A stretch of DNA of 22,323 nucleotides from Acidimicrobiia bacterium (lineage in GTDB: Bacteria; Actinomycetota; Acidimicrobiia; Spongiisociales; Spongiisociaceae). The notes beneath the pieces were generated by a model. That model had not been told where the DNA came from. It made no database searches and worked only from the letters and a program-made list of their open reading frames with translations. Position numbers and translations under genes: made by a program. Each line of letters starts with the position of its first letter. The stretch's first letter is position 1. This document shows, in pieces, positions 1-9,400 of this stretch. Where the stretch lies: positions 1 through 22,323 of the forward strand of contig JBFGLM010000066.1 in assembly GCA_041576165.1 (NCBI GenBank), in the 5' to 3' direction.

Positions 1-156
1 CACGACGCACCACCCACATCGGCAGCCGCCGAGGACGAACCGGCCCCCACCGCCGAGGACGAACCGCCCCCCACATCCCAACCCACCGACCAACCGGCGT
101 CGCAGCCCGGCCCGCACGACGCACCACCTACACCGGCAGCCGCCGAGGACGAACCG
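1..156 (+). repeat. Intragenic direct repeat of 42 bp (1-42 and 115-156, 40/42 identical) plus a partial copy at 51-66
   Basis: cacgacgcaccacc(c/t)aca(t/c)cggcagccgccgaggacgaaccg encodes HDAPPT(S/P)AAAEDEP; cgccgaggacgaaccg occurs three times. Confidence 0.9.
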
Positions 157-933
157 CAGCCCGGCATCGAGGAGGAACTCGCCACAGCCGGGTCGGCTCC
201 CGCGGCTGGTTCTGAGCAGTCAGTTGCCCCGCCGGGCGAAGCCACGAGCGTGACGTCGCTGAGCGAGTATCTATCCTTGCGCGCCTCGGGAGCGGCAGAC
301 GACGTGCCGACCACTGCGCCGAGCTGGGGGACCGCAGAGTCGGCTGACGTAGCTCCCGACCAGGAGCCAGCCCCGGACCGACACGGCAGCCACGGCCCGC
401 CGGCCCCCGAACCCGAGCCCCCGTACCAGCTGCGCGATCCCTGGGACACCATCACGCCCCGGCTGGTAGAGCTGCAACAGGCGGAAAGTTCGACAGAACC
501 GGACGTCTCCGCCGGAGCCGGCCAAACCGCCGACCGGCGTCGGGGCTTGAGCGACCGCGTAAAGGAGGCCCGGGCTGGCGCACCCGGCGATCCCACTTCG
601 TCGACCTCAGCCTCGGATCTGCGCCGGGTGATGGCGGAGGTCTCCACTCCGAGCTCCCGTTTGCTGACTGGCCTCCGGTCCTGGCTCAAGCGACCGGAAC
701 CAGCCGAAGCAGCGCCCCCAGAATGCGCCCACGTATGGGAGGGCCGTCCCGACGCCGCCGGCTCGGTCACCCGCTTTTGCGTCAAGTGCAAAGAGATTTC
801 GTTCGACCAAGGCCTACCCGGCGACACCGAAGCTGCCGAGCTGACCGACGACCAGCCACGGGCCCGGGCCCGGTCCGAGCTGCTCCACAGAGCGGCCGCC
901 CGCCGGCGCGATTTCCGCCCTCCGGGGGCCTGA
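1..933 (+). CDS. 5'-truncated Pro/Ala/Glu-rich low-complexity hypothetical protein with a C-terminal putative zinc-ribbon motif
   Basis: Frame 1 is open from base 1 (HDAPPTSAAAEDEP...) through ORF 250..933 to TGA at 931-933; motif CAHVW-x13-CVKC at 724-789. Confidence 0.7.
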   Translation, partial: HDAPPTSAAAEDEPAPTAEDEPPPTSQPTDQPASQPGPHDAPPTPAAAEDEPQPGIEEELATAGSAPAAGSEQSVAPPGEATSVTSLSEYLSLRASGAADDVPTTAPSWGTAESADVAPDQEPAPDRHGSHGPPAPEPEPPYQLRDPWDTITPRLVELQQAESSTEPDVSAGAGQTADRRRGLSDRVKEARAGAPGDPTSSTSASDLRRVMAEVSTPSSRLLTGLRSWLKRPEPAEAAPPECAHVWEGRPDAAGSVTRFCVKCKEISFDQGLPGDTEAAELTDDQPRARARSELLHRAAARRRDFRPPGA

Positions 934-950
934 CCGAATCCAGATCACTT

Positions 951-998
951 TCTGTGTGGAGATTTACCACTCTATGTGGTATTTTGGCCGTGAGGAGG
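951..998 (+). promoter_or_regulatory. Putative extended -10 promoter with overlapping palindromic operator and RBS
   Basis: TGgTATTTT at 977-985; inverted repeat TACCAC-tctat-GTGGTA at 965-981; direct repeat TCT(G/A)TGTGG at 951 and 971; GAGGAGG at 992-998. Confidence 0.5.
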
Positions 999-1002
999 CC
1001 AG

Positions 1003-1176
1003 GTGGCACAGCGCGGGCGGCTCTACCCGGAATCGGACCAACTCGACGCCAAAGCAACGCCCAGAGTGCTCGCGGTCTCGACCGAGCAACGACAAGGGCG
1101 GGTGGCTGCAGCGCCGCCCGGGGACGGGGCCGAGTGCCGGCAGGTCGACCTCTCTCGTCTGGAGGTCACATCGTGA
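1003..1176 (+). CDS. Small hypothetical protein, 57 aa (MAQRGRLYPESDQLDAKATPRVLAVSTEQRQGRVAAAPPGDGAECRQVDLSRLEVTS)
   Basis: GAGGAGG upstream of GTG at 1003; TGA at 1174-1176 overlaps the next start (GTGATG); absent from the ORF track, whose shortest entries are 60 aa. Confidence 0.45.
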   Translation: MAQRGRLYPESDQLDAKATPRVLAVSTEQRQGRVAAAPPGDGAECRQVDLSRLEVTS

Positions 1177-1442
1177 TGCATACGGGCACCGTACGGGCCG
1201 GCGACGGGCCCCGCGTGATTCAACTGTGCATCTCGGGCCGGCGGGTGCAGATCTCCTCTCCCGACGGCGAACGATGGTCGGCGCGGGTCCGTCGAGTCCG
1301 AGTGGTCTCATTGGAGGACGGGCTTCTGGTGCTGTCTCTGGCCGGACAGCAGTGGGTGATCGCCCTCGACGACCCGGACCGATTCCGCTGGCAGTTCCTG
1401 CCCAAACTGCGCCGGGCGATGGCCCGCCTGGGAACGTCCTAA
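1173..1442 (+). CDS. Small hypothetical beta-rich protein (about 89 aa)
   Basis: GGAGG at 1161-1165, 7 nt before GTG 1173 (alternative ATG 1176); the 3' part of ORF 723..1442 reads as a globular protein. Confidence 0.65.
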   Translation: MMHTGTVRAGDGPRVIQLCISGRRVQISSPDGERWSARVRRVRVVSLEDGLLVLSLAGQQWVIALDDPDRFRWQFLPKLRRAMARLGTS

Positions 1443-1445
1443 GTC

Positions 1446-2360
1446 CTAACGCTCCGCTACCGGAGCCCAGTCCCGCCCGGACAGAACGGACAGCGCCAGA
1501 ATCAGCGCCTGGGTGCCTTGCCGCCCCGCGCCTTGCGCTTGCAGCGCCACGTAGAGCTGGTGCGCGAGCGCCAGACCGGGGAGTGAGAGCTCCGAGGCAG
1601 CTGCTTCCGAGAGTGCAATTCCCATGTCTTTGACAAAGTGATCGACGTAGAAGCCGGGCTCGAAATCGCCGGCGAGGATCCTGGGCCCGTAGTTGGACAG
1701 CGACCAGGAACCGGCCGCTCCCCCACTGACCGACTCCATGACCGTTGGCAGGTCGAGTCCCGCCTCCGCGGCATAGAGCAGCGCCTCCGACACCCCGATC
1801 ATGCCCGTTGCTATCAGAATCTGGTTCACCATCTTCGTGTGCTGTCCGGCGCCTGGGCCACCCTGGCGCACGATCATTGAACCCATGATCTCGAACAACG
1901 GACGGACCCGGTCGAAGTCCTCAGGCTCGGCCCCCACCATGATCGACAGCGTGCCCTCGCGGGCACCCACGTCGCCCCCCGAGACCGGCGCGTCGATGGC
2001 TCCCACATTGCGCTGGGCGGCTGATTGGTGAATCTCGACGGCGAGCGAGGGCTCGCTTGTTGTCATGTCGACCACGACGGAGCCGGGGGACGCACCCGCC
2101 AGGATGCCGTCCTCTCCCAGAAAGACTTCCCGCACGTCGAGGGGGAAACCGACAATCGCGAACGTGACATCCGACTCGGCGGCAGCCTGCCGTGGCGAGT
2201 CGGCCCAGCTGGCGCCGTTCTCTATCAGACTTTCTGCCTTCGCCTTTGACCGGTTGTGCACACTGAGCTCATACCCGGCGTCGAGCAGGTGGCCGGCCAT
2301 GGCTGCGCCCATGACGCCGGTTCCCACCCAACCGATTCTGTTGGCACTTGTTTCACCCAT
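1446..2360 (-). CDS. NAD(P)-dependent oxidoreductase, 3-hydroxyisobutyrate dehydrogenase / tartronate semialdehyde reductase family
   Basis: Rossmann [21 protein letters not shown], catalytic Lys in [18 protein letters not shown]; GAAGGTGA upstream of ATG 2360. Confidence 0.92.
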   Translation of the reverse strand: MGETSANRIGWVGTGVMGAAMAGHLLDAGYELSVHNRSKAKAESLIENGASWADSPRQAAAESDVTFAIVGFPLDVREVFLGEDGILAGASPGSVVVDMTTSEPSLAVEIHQSAAQRNVGAIDAPVSGGDVGAREGTLSIMVGAEPEDFDRVRPLFEIMGSMIVRQGGPGAGQHTKMVNQILIATGMIGVSEALLYAAEAGLDLPTVMESVSGGAAGSWSLSNYGPRILAGDFEPGFYVDHFVKDMGIALSEAAASELSLPGLALAHQLYVALQAQGAGRQGTQALILALSVLSGRDWAPVAER

Positions 2361-2432
2361 GAACTCACCTTCCCCTCGCCGGCGGCCCGGCGCACACTCC
2401 AAGCCGGCTGAGGCTGCTGCCGTCCGTACCGG

Positions 2433-3341
2433 TCATTGCTGCTGTTGTATCTCTGCCACCGCCGGGTCGGGTGGACGTGGCTCGAACCGATACCGGCCCA
2501 GCGGGTCGCGGGACATGGATACCGATGCTTCCAGCCCCGAGTTGGAACTCGAACCGTGAAAGACGCCCCGAAAGGGAGTGACATCCTCGTAATCGCGCCC
2601 ATGGCCAATCTTGACGTGCCGTTCGCCGACCTCGAGCTGGTTGGTCGGGTCGAGGCCCCACCAGCCGAACCCGGGAATCCACACTTCGATCCAGGCATGC
2701 GTGCTGACTTCGATCTCGGCGTCCGGCGGCGCGTCGCCCGACGATGAGTCGAGGGCATACAAATAGCCGCTCACATAACGGCTCGGAACGCCCAGGCTGC
2801 GCAGCACCGCCAGTGCGAAATGGGAAAAGTCCTGGCATACGCCGACCCGGTCGCGGAATACATCCTCCACCGGCGTACCGACTTCGGTGGCGCCCGGTCG
2901 GTAGGTGAGATGGCTGCCAACCGCAGCCTGCACGCGACAGGCCGCATCCACCACGCCGCCGTGGCCGGCGACGGCGTCCCGCCCAAAGTCGGCAACCTCA
3001 TCGTCCCACTGCACATGAGGTGACGGGGCCAGGAATTCATAGTGATCCACGCCCTTGGGCCAGGGTGCTCCTCCCTGGGGAGAGCCGCCCGGCGACGTTT
3101 CCGCCGACGCCGCCGCCGCGACCGTCAACCGTGTGTGTGGCTCGACCACGGCGAAGACATCAACCCAAGTGCCCCAATAGTCGACATACGACCGGACCGA
3201 GGCCGGCGGATCAACCTCGACTCTGTAATCGTGAAGCCGCTGGCGCTCATTGTCGGCCGGCCTTGCCCGCAACAGATTGTGCGACTGCACGACCTCGCCG
3301 TCGTAGTCGAACCGTGAGACATAACGGATGTCCAACCGCAT
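2433..3341 (-). CDS. Transglutaminase-like family protein with bacterial transglutaminase N-terminal domain
   Basis: Catalytic triad GVCQDFSH, THAWIE, GLDPTN; GHGRDYEDVTPFRG; start overlaps the alpha-E stop (alternative GTG 3344). Confidence 0.92.
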   Translation of the reverse strand: MRLDIRYVSRFDYDGEVVQSHNLLRARPADNERQRLHDYRVEVDPPASVRSYVDYWGTWVDVFAVVEPHTRLTVAAAASAETSPGGSPQGGAPWPKGVDHYEFLAPSPHVQWDDEVADFGRDAVAGHGGVVDAACRVQAAVGSHLTYRPGATEVGTPVEDVFRDRVGVCQDFSHFALAVLRSLGVPSRYVSGYLYALDSSSGDAPPDAEIEVSTHAWIEVWIPGFGWWGLDPTNQLEVGERHVKIGHGRDYEDVTPFRGVFHGSSSNSGLEASVSMSRDPLGRYRFEPRPPDPAVAEIQQQQ

Positions 3342-4279
3342 CACACAGCCTCGTACGGATGAAGGGCTGTCGTGGAGCTACGGAATAGGTCACGGCGAAG
3401 GGTCTCGGACACGTCGCGAATGCCAATCTCCAGTTGCCGTATCAGATCCCCCAGCGCCGGATCACGAACATTGGGGACGTCGGCGAATTCGACGCCGGAC
3501 CTCACCCGACCCAGCACGCGCTGCGCCTCGGTCGCCTGGCTCCGTCCGTAGGCCAGCTGGAGATCGGCCTCACAGCGGCGTAAACAGAACTGCACGCTGC
3601 ACGGCGCGTCGGTGCCGGTCAGGAGAAAACGCACGACGTCGTCCGCCCGGGCCGAGGCGCCGTACAGCTGTGTGAACGCGTGCAGCCCGGAAACGGATCG
3701 GAGCACCCGAGTCCACACCTCGAAGGCTTCGCCACCCACCACTCGGTGCACGTCGACGTTGCGCAGCGTCATCTCGGCCCGTTCCAGGAACCGGCCGATC
3801 AGCAAGAACCGAAATCCGTCGGAGCGGACCATGGAATCGTGGACCACGCCGGCGATACGCTGAGACTGAATCCGCATCCAGTCGAAGAACTCAGCGGGCT
3901 GGTCGATCAGCTGTTCGGCGGTCCGAGGGCTCCGCAGGCGCAGATGCAGCTGATTGACAACCTCGAGAAGGTCGATCGGGACCAACTCCCGCACGTTGTG
4001 CAGACTCTCGCGCGCGGCGGCAGCGGACGACACAACCGAGCCCGCGTTGTCAGGGTCCGCAACCAGGAAGAAGACAATCGCATCGGAAGTGAACGCGGGA
4101 TTACCCACGGCAAACACGTCGTCCTGGTACAGGACGGCGAGCAGCTCCCGCAAGCGGTCCTCAGAGTCGGCCGTGCCGAGCTGCGACAGGCGGGCGACGT
4201 CGAGCAACCGGGCGGTCTGCATGGCTCGCTCCAGGTACCGTCCGACCCAGAACAACAGCTCGGCGTGGCGGGACAGCAT
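3341..4279 (-). CDS. Alpha-E domain-containing protein
   Basis: MLSRHAELLFWVGRYLERA and a second ER motif IGRFLERAEMT; lies between the ATP-grasp and transglutaminase genes. Confidence 0.92.
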   Translation of the reverse strand: MLSRHAELLFWVGRYLERAMQTARLLDVARLSQLGTADSEDRLRELLAVLYQDDVFAVGNPAFTSDAIVFFLVADPDNAGSVVSSAAAARESLHNVRELVPIDLLEVVNQLHLRLRSPRTAEQLIDQPAEFFDWMRIQSQRIAGVVHDSMVRSDGFRFLLIGRFLERAEMTLRNVDVHRVVGGEAFEVWTRVLRSVSGLHAFTQLYGASARADDVVRFLLTGTDAPCSVQFCLRRCEADLQLAYGRSQATEAQRVLGRVRSGVEFADVPNVRDPALGDLIRQLEIGIRDVSETLRRDLFRSSTTALHPYEAV

Positions 4280-4281
4280 TG

Positions 4282-5724
4282 TCAGCGTGTCTCCGCCAGC
4301 ACCCAGGTGTCCTTGGATCCTCCCCCCATGGATGAGTTGACGATCAACGAACCCTCCGGCAGCGCCACCCGGGTCAGACCGCCCGGCACCACACGGATCG
4401 ATTCGCCCGCAACCACGAACGGACGAAGGTCCAGGTGGCGGGGACGCAACCCCTGATCGATCAGCGTGGGGTGGGTCGAGAGGTTCACGACCTCCTGCGC
4501 GATGAAACTGCGCGGATGGCGCTCGACTTCGGCACGGACGGCGGATAGCTCGCTGTCGGTGGCTCGGGGGCCGATCACGATCCCCTTGCCACCCGCCTCC
4601 GCCACGGGCTTGACGACCACCCGATCGAGCCGGTCCAGCACCTCACGCCGCTGCTCCGGATCCCACATCAGATACGTTTCAACGTTGGGGAGGATCGGCT
4701 CCTCATTCAGGTAGTAGCGGACGAAGTCGGGTACGAAGGCGTACACGCCCTTGTCGTCCGCTACCCCATTGCCGATCGCGTTGGCCAGTGTGACCGTCCC
4801 AAACCGCACCGCCGACATGAGGCCGGGTACCCCGAGCACCGAATTGCGATTGAACGCAACTGGATCGAGAAAGTCGTCGTCGACCCGGCGGTAGACCACG
4901 TGCACTTGCCGCAAGCCGCTGGTCGTGTGCATATACAGTTTGTGGTCGTTGACCACCAGGTCCCGGCCCTCGACCAGCTGCACCCCCATCTTCCTCGCCA
5001 GGAATGTGTGCTCGAAGTAGGCCGAGTTGTACACACCGGGCGTCAGCACCACCACCGTTGGGTCGTGAATGCCGTTGGGGGCGAGCTCCTCCAGAGCTCG
5101 CAGCAAGAGGCTGCCGTAGTCGTCGACCGAGCGTACGGCGTGGCGGGCGAACACGACCGGAAACGCTCGCTGCATGGCGGCCCGATTCTCGAGAACGTAA
5201 GAGATTCCGCTCGGGACCCGTAGGTTGTCCTCCAAAACCCGGAAAGTCCCCTCTTCGTCCCGCACCAGGTCGATCCCGGACACGATGCAGCGCACCGAGC
5301 GGGCCACCGCAATCCCCTGTGCCTCGCGGCAGAAGCCGTCGGAGGAATGCACCAACCAGCGGGGAATCACACCATCGCCGATCACCGAGCCGTCGCCGAC
5401 ATACACGTCCTCCAGAAAGGCGTTCAGCGCCCGGACTCGCTGGGCGAGACCCGCCTCTATCGAAGCCCATTCCGGCGCCGAGATGATGCGCGGGATCAGG
5501 TCCATCGGCCAGGTCCGCTCGACCCCTTCGTCTGCCCCATACACTGCGAAAGTGATTCCGAGGTTGCGAAATGTTTCCTCGACCGTGCGCGCCCGCTCGT
5601 CAAGCTCCCGCGGGTCCATCTCCGACAGCCTCTGGACCAGCTCCCGGTAATGCAGCCGGGCGCCGTCGTCTCCAAACACCTCGCAGTAGCCGTCGACGCG
5701 TGGATAGTCGCTGAGCAGATTCAT
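4282..5724 (-). CDS. Circularly permuted type 2 ATP-grasp protein
   Basis: VLEDNLRVPSGISY, LTPGVYNSAYFEH, YRRVDDDFLDP, ANAIGNGVADDK, GGLTRVAL, VNSSMGGGSKDTWVL. Confidence 0.95.
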   Translation of the reverse strand: MNLLSDYPRVDGYCEVFGDDGARLHYRELVQRLSEMDPRELDERARTVEETFRNLGITFAVYGADEGVERTWPMDLIPRIISAPEWASIEAGLAQRVRALNAFLEDVYVGDGSVIGDGVIPRWLVHSSDGFCREAQGIAVARSVRCIVSGIDLVRDEEGTFRVLEDNLRVPSGISYVLENRAAMQRAFPVVFARHAVRSVDDYGSLLLRALEELAPNGIHDPTVVVLTPGVYNSAYFEHTFLARKMGVQLVEGRDLVVNDHKLYMHTTSGLRQVHVVYRRVDDDFLDPVAFNRNSVLGVPGLMSAVRFGTVTLANAIGNGVADDKGVYAFVPDFVRYYLNEEPILPNVETYLMWDPEQRREVLDRLDRVVVKPVAEAGGKGIVIGPRATDSELSAVRAEVERHPRSFIAQEVVNLSTHPTLIDQGLRPRHLDLRPFVVAGESIRVVPGGLTRVALPEGSLIVNSSMGGGSKDTWVLAETR

Positions 5725-5738
5725 CGGGCGGCAGGATA
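5725..5738 (-). promoter_or_regulatory. Putative -10 element for leaderless transcription of the ATP-grasp operon
   Basis: TATCCT (5738-5733) 8 nt upstream of ATG 5724; no SD sequence. Confidence 0.5.
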
Positions 5739-5758
5739 GGATCGCTGAGCCGACGAAT

Positions 5759-6376
5759 CTATCGGCCGGCCGACGGATGCAGCCCGACGTCGTATCCGGC
5801 GGTGATCACTGCGACCGTGGGCGGAGGTGTCAACAGCAAGGCATCCCCCGCCAGCTGCTCGAGCGGCCCGTACCCGGCGAAGGACCAAAAGCGAAGCCCG
5901 CCGGTCACCACGACTGCCGGGCTGTCGCCCACCTCGATCATCACCCCCGGCGGCAGCGTCGCTGGATCTACGGCGGGGTGGTCGGCCCACAGACGGGACG
6001 GGTGTAGCTCCCGATCCATCTCAGCCGCCCGAGCCCGGCCCGACCCGCGGGTCAGCCGGCCCGACCCCCGGGCCGCCACCCACAGCTCAGCGAAACGGAC
6101 TGCCTCGTCATGCCGGCAGAAGAAGCAGGGCCGATGACCGGCAGCCAGGCTTGTCGCCTCGTCCAGGAAGAACAGCTCGGTCCATCGACGCGGCGCCATC
6201 ACCTCGCGACGGACACCTCGATAATTCAACCGACACGCGATCCACCGCCGGGTTTGGTAGCTGCGGATGATCCGGCGATCGTCATCGTGCAGAATCCCCC
6301 GGTTGCCCGTCAACGTGCCGCGCGCCTCCACCGCTCGAAGCTGCCCGTAGGGATCAACTCGATTGCGCAGCGGCAG
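5759..6376 (-). CDS. Conserved hypothetical protein with an Ada-like metal-binding motif
   Basis: NRVDPYG, GNRGILH, WIAC, WTELFFLDEATSLAAGHRPCFFCR; start uncertain (CTG 6376 or TTG 6382, downstream of GGAGG at 6387-6383). Confidence 0.8.
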   Translation of the reverse strand: MPLRNRVDPYGQLRAVEARGTLTGNRGILHDDDRRIIRSYQTRRWIACRLNYRGVRREVMAPRRWTELFFLDEATSLAAGHRPCFFCRHDEAVRFAELWVAARGSGRLTRGSGRARAAEMDRELHPSRLWADHPAVDPATLPPGVMIEVGDSPAVVVTGGLRFWSFAGYGPLEQLAGDALLLTPPPTVAVITAGYDVGLHPSAGR

Positions 6377-6459
6377 ATCCAACCTCCCCGGACCAGAATG
6401 CCAGCCAGTAGCACGCCGGAAATGGCAGCATACGGAAAATACCGGAGGGTTGGGGATTC

Positions 6460-9400
6460 GTGTTGCGTCGTGTAGTACCGCCGCTCTTCGTTGTTGCTGC
6501 GTTGACGGGCGCCCTCCTCCCCGCCGGAGCCGCTGAGCCGACCACGGCCGAAGTCCCTCGGCCGCGTGCCGTGGAGGTAGGCCGGGGTCCGTCCGTCCAC
6601 CTGCCGGAGGATGCCCGCACCTCACTACGGCTCCGTTCGGGATCCGTCGACACTCGAACGCCGGCCGCCGCGGACAAACTACGAACGCTGGGCCCTGGAC
6701 CTCTGGTCCTGCAGTTCGAAGGACCGATCCGCCGATCAGATCTGGCACGGCTGCGGGAATCCGGTGCGGAGCTGCTGGCCATTCTCCCCGATCATGCCGT
6801 GCGGGTCCGGACCGACAGGCCGGACCGACTGGCGGGCATCGAACGCATTCGCTGGGCTGACCGGCTCCGACCAGAGCAAGTGATCCACCCCCAGCTCGAC
6901 GGGACCCAGCTCGTTCGCATCGTCTTGGACCCGGGATCCGATGTGGAAGCGGCCGCTGCCACCGTCGCCTCCGCCGGTTCTACCGTCGTCCGCAGTTATG
7001 ACTCCGGGCTGATCGCAATGGCAGATCGGGCCGCGTCGATCGAGATCGCTCGGGCTGTGCCGGCCCAGTGGATCGAGCCATGGTCACTGCCCGAGCCGCA
7101 CAACGAGTACGGCGCCGCCATCGTCGGCGCCGACATAGCCAACGATCTCGGGTATGACGGCTCGACCCAGATCGTGGCCGTAGCCGACACCGGACTGGGA
7201 GCCGGCACGGCTTCCAACGCACACCGCGACATCCCGGCCGACCGGGTGGCAGGCATCGCCGACTACCCCGGCTCCAGCGGCTTCAGCTGCTGGAATGCAT
7301 TCCCGGACGGGCCCATCGACGTCGATACCGGTCATGGCACCCACGTGGCCGGCAGCGTGTTATCGGGTGGCGGGCCCGCCGGAGAGGGAAGGGGAGCGGC
7401 CCCCGGTGCATCCCTCTACTTTCAGGCAGTGGAGGACTACGTCGACTACATCCTGCTCTGCGCCGGTCTGCAAGACGGGTATCAGTTGATCGGCCTCCCG
7501 GCCGATCTGGGGGATCTCCTGCAGGATGCGTACGACCAGGGCGCGCGGATCCACCAGGATTCGTGGGGCGCCAGCGCGGCAGGTGAGTACACCGCCGACA
7601 GCGCAGCAGTCGATAGTTTCATGTGGCAACACCAAGACATGCTCATGGTGGTATCGGCCGGCAACGACGGCAGGGATGGAGACGGCGACGGGGTGGTCGA
7701 CGATGGATCGATCGGCTCACCGGCTACCGCCAAGAACGTGCTGTCCATCGGAGCCTCAGAGAATGCCCGGTCCGACCTCTATCCGTGCGACGCTGCGCTC
7801 ACCTATACGACCTGCGGGCTGGACGGCGGCATCAACACCCTCAACACCTATGGTTCGTCCTGGCCGGCCGACTTCCCCGCGGCGCCGTTGTTCGGGGATC
7901 CTTCCGCCGGCGGCGCTCAACAACTGGCTGCGTTCTCCAGCCGCGGGCCCACCCAGGACGGCCGAATCAAACCCGACGTCGTAGCGCCCGGCACCTGGGT
8001 CCTGTCCGGCTACTCGGATCTCTACCAGGAACAGTACGACCCCGCACCCAACCCGCGGAACGGCGCGTATCAATCGGACGGCTGGGGATTCCCCTACGAC
8101 GAGCACTACAAATACTTTGGCGGAACGTCGATGGCGGCCCCGATTGCATCCGGTGCCGCGGCGATCGTGCGGGACTACTACACCAAGGCGCACGGTCTGA
8201 GCTGGATCAGTGGGGCTCTGGTCAAAGCCACACTCATCAATTCGGCGACGGATATCGCGGATGAAAACAACGACGGCGTCGACGACAACGCATTGCCGAT
8301 CCCGAATATGCACGAGGGCTGGGGCCGGGTGGACGTTGCCGCCGCGACCGACGAGTCCCATACCTGGTTTGACGACGGTTCGGTCGCCACCGGTACCCAG
8401 GTGACCTACGCCACTGCGCTCGAGACCGGCACAGTGCCACTGAAGGTCACCCTTGTCTGGAGCGACTATCAGGGTACCGGCTCATGTGGATCCTGCCTGG
8501 TGAACGACCTCGATCTGATCGTGACGGCTCCGGACGGCGAGCAGACTTACGTCGGCAACAACTTCTCCGGTGGCTGGACGCCCGAGGGAGCGGCCGCAAC
8601 CGATCAGGTGAACAATGTCGAGAACGTGTACATCGAGGTCCCGGAAGCCGGCGTCTGGACTATCACAGTCACCGGCTCGGACGTCCCCGTCGGCCCCCAG
8701 CCATTCGCCCTCGTCATCGATGCCGATTTCGACGAGAGCATCGACCTGGTGGCTCCCACCTGGACCAACCCCACGCTCGAGGCGGCCGGCATCACCAAGA
8801 CTTCGGCCACCCTCATCTGGTCGGGAGCATCGGACGACGTAGGGGTCGTTGCCTACGACGTCTATTCGGACGCGTCGCTGCTCGAGACGACGACATCGAC
8901 CAGCGCCGCGCTCGCCGGGCTGACGCCGGACACCGCGTACTCGATCAGTGTCCAGGCGCGCGATGCGGCCGGCAACGTAAGCTCCGGCGGTCCCAGCCTG
9001 ACGTTCACCACCATCGAAGATGACCCGCCCGACTGGTCCGGCGTGTTGCTGTCCCGATCCGACGTCGGCGAGACTCATCTGACGTTGAGCTGGGACGCTC
9101 CGGTCGACGCTTCGGGCATCGAGACCTATTTGGTATACCAGGATGAGACCCTGATCGGTCAGCCCGGCGGTTTGCAGCTCGCCGTGACAGGCTTGCGGCC
9201 TGCGACTGCGTACAGTTTCGTGGTGGAAGCCCGCGACGTCCACGGCGCGACCAGCACCGACGGTCCCGCGCTGAGCGTCACCACCGCCCGGGATTTCGCG
9301 GACACCAACGGTCACACCTTCGAAGCTGACATCGCCTGGCTGTCCGGAACCGGCATCACGCAGGGGTGTGACGAAGCAGGCAACTTCTGTCCTGACGACT

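Noticed and set aside
1-156. CRISPR-like repeat array
   Set aside because: Repeats are in-frame coding duplications without regular repeat-spacer periodicity, and there are no cas genes in the window
965-982. NrdR box
   Set aside because: Only partial resemblance, a mismatch at a conserved A, no properly spaced second box, and no ribonucleotide reductase gene nearby
1040-1150. c-di-GMP or c-di-AMP riboswitch suggested by gacgccaaagc and nearby hairpins
   Set aside because: The remaining consensus elements are absent, and the region is better explained by an SD-led ORF
723-1172. N-terminal extension of ORF 723..1442 and ORF 956..1633
   Set aside because: Arg/Pro-rich off-frame reading that overlaps better-supported genes
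6383-6748. N-terminal extension of ORF 5759..6748
   Set aside because: Overlaps the divergent protease gene; conserved-looking sequence begins only at NRVDP
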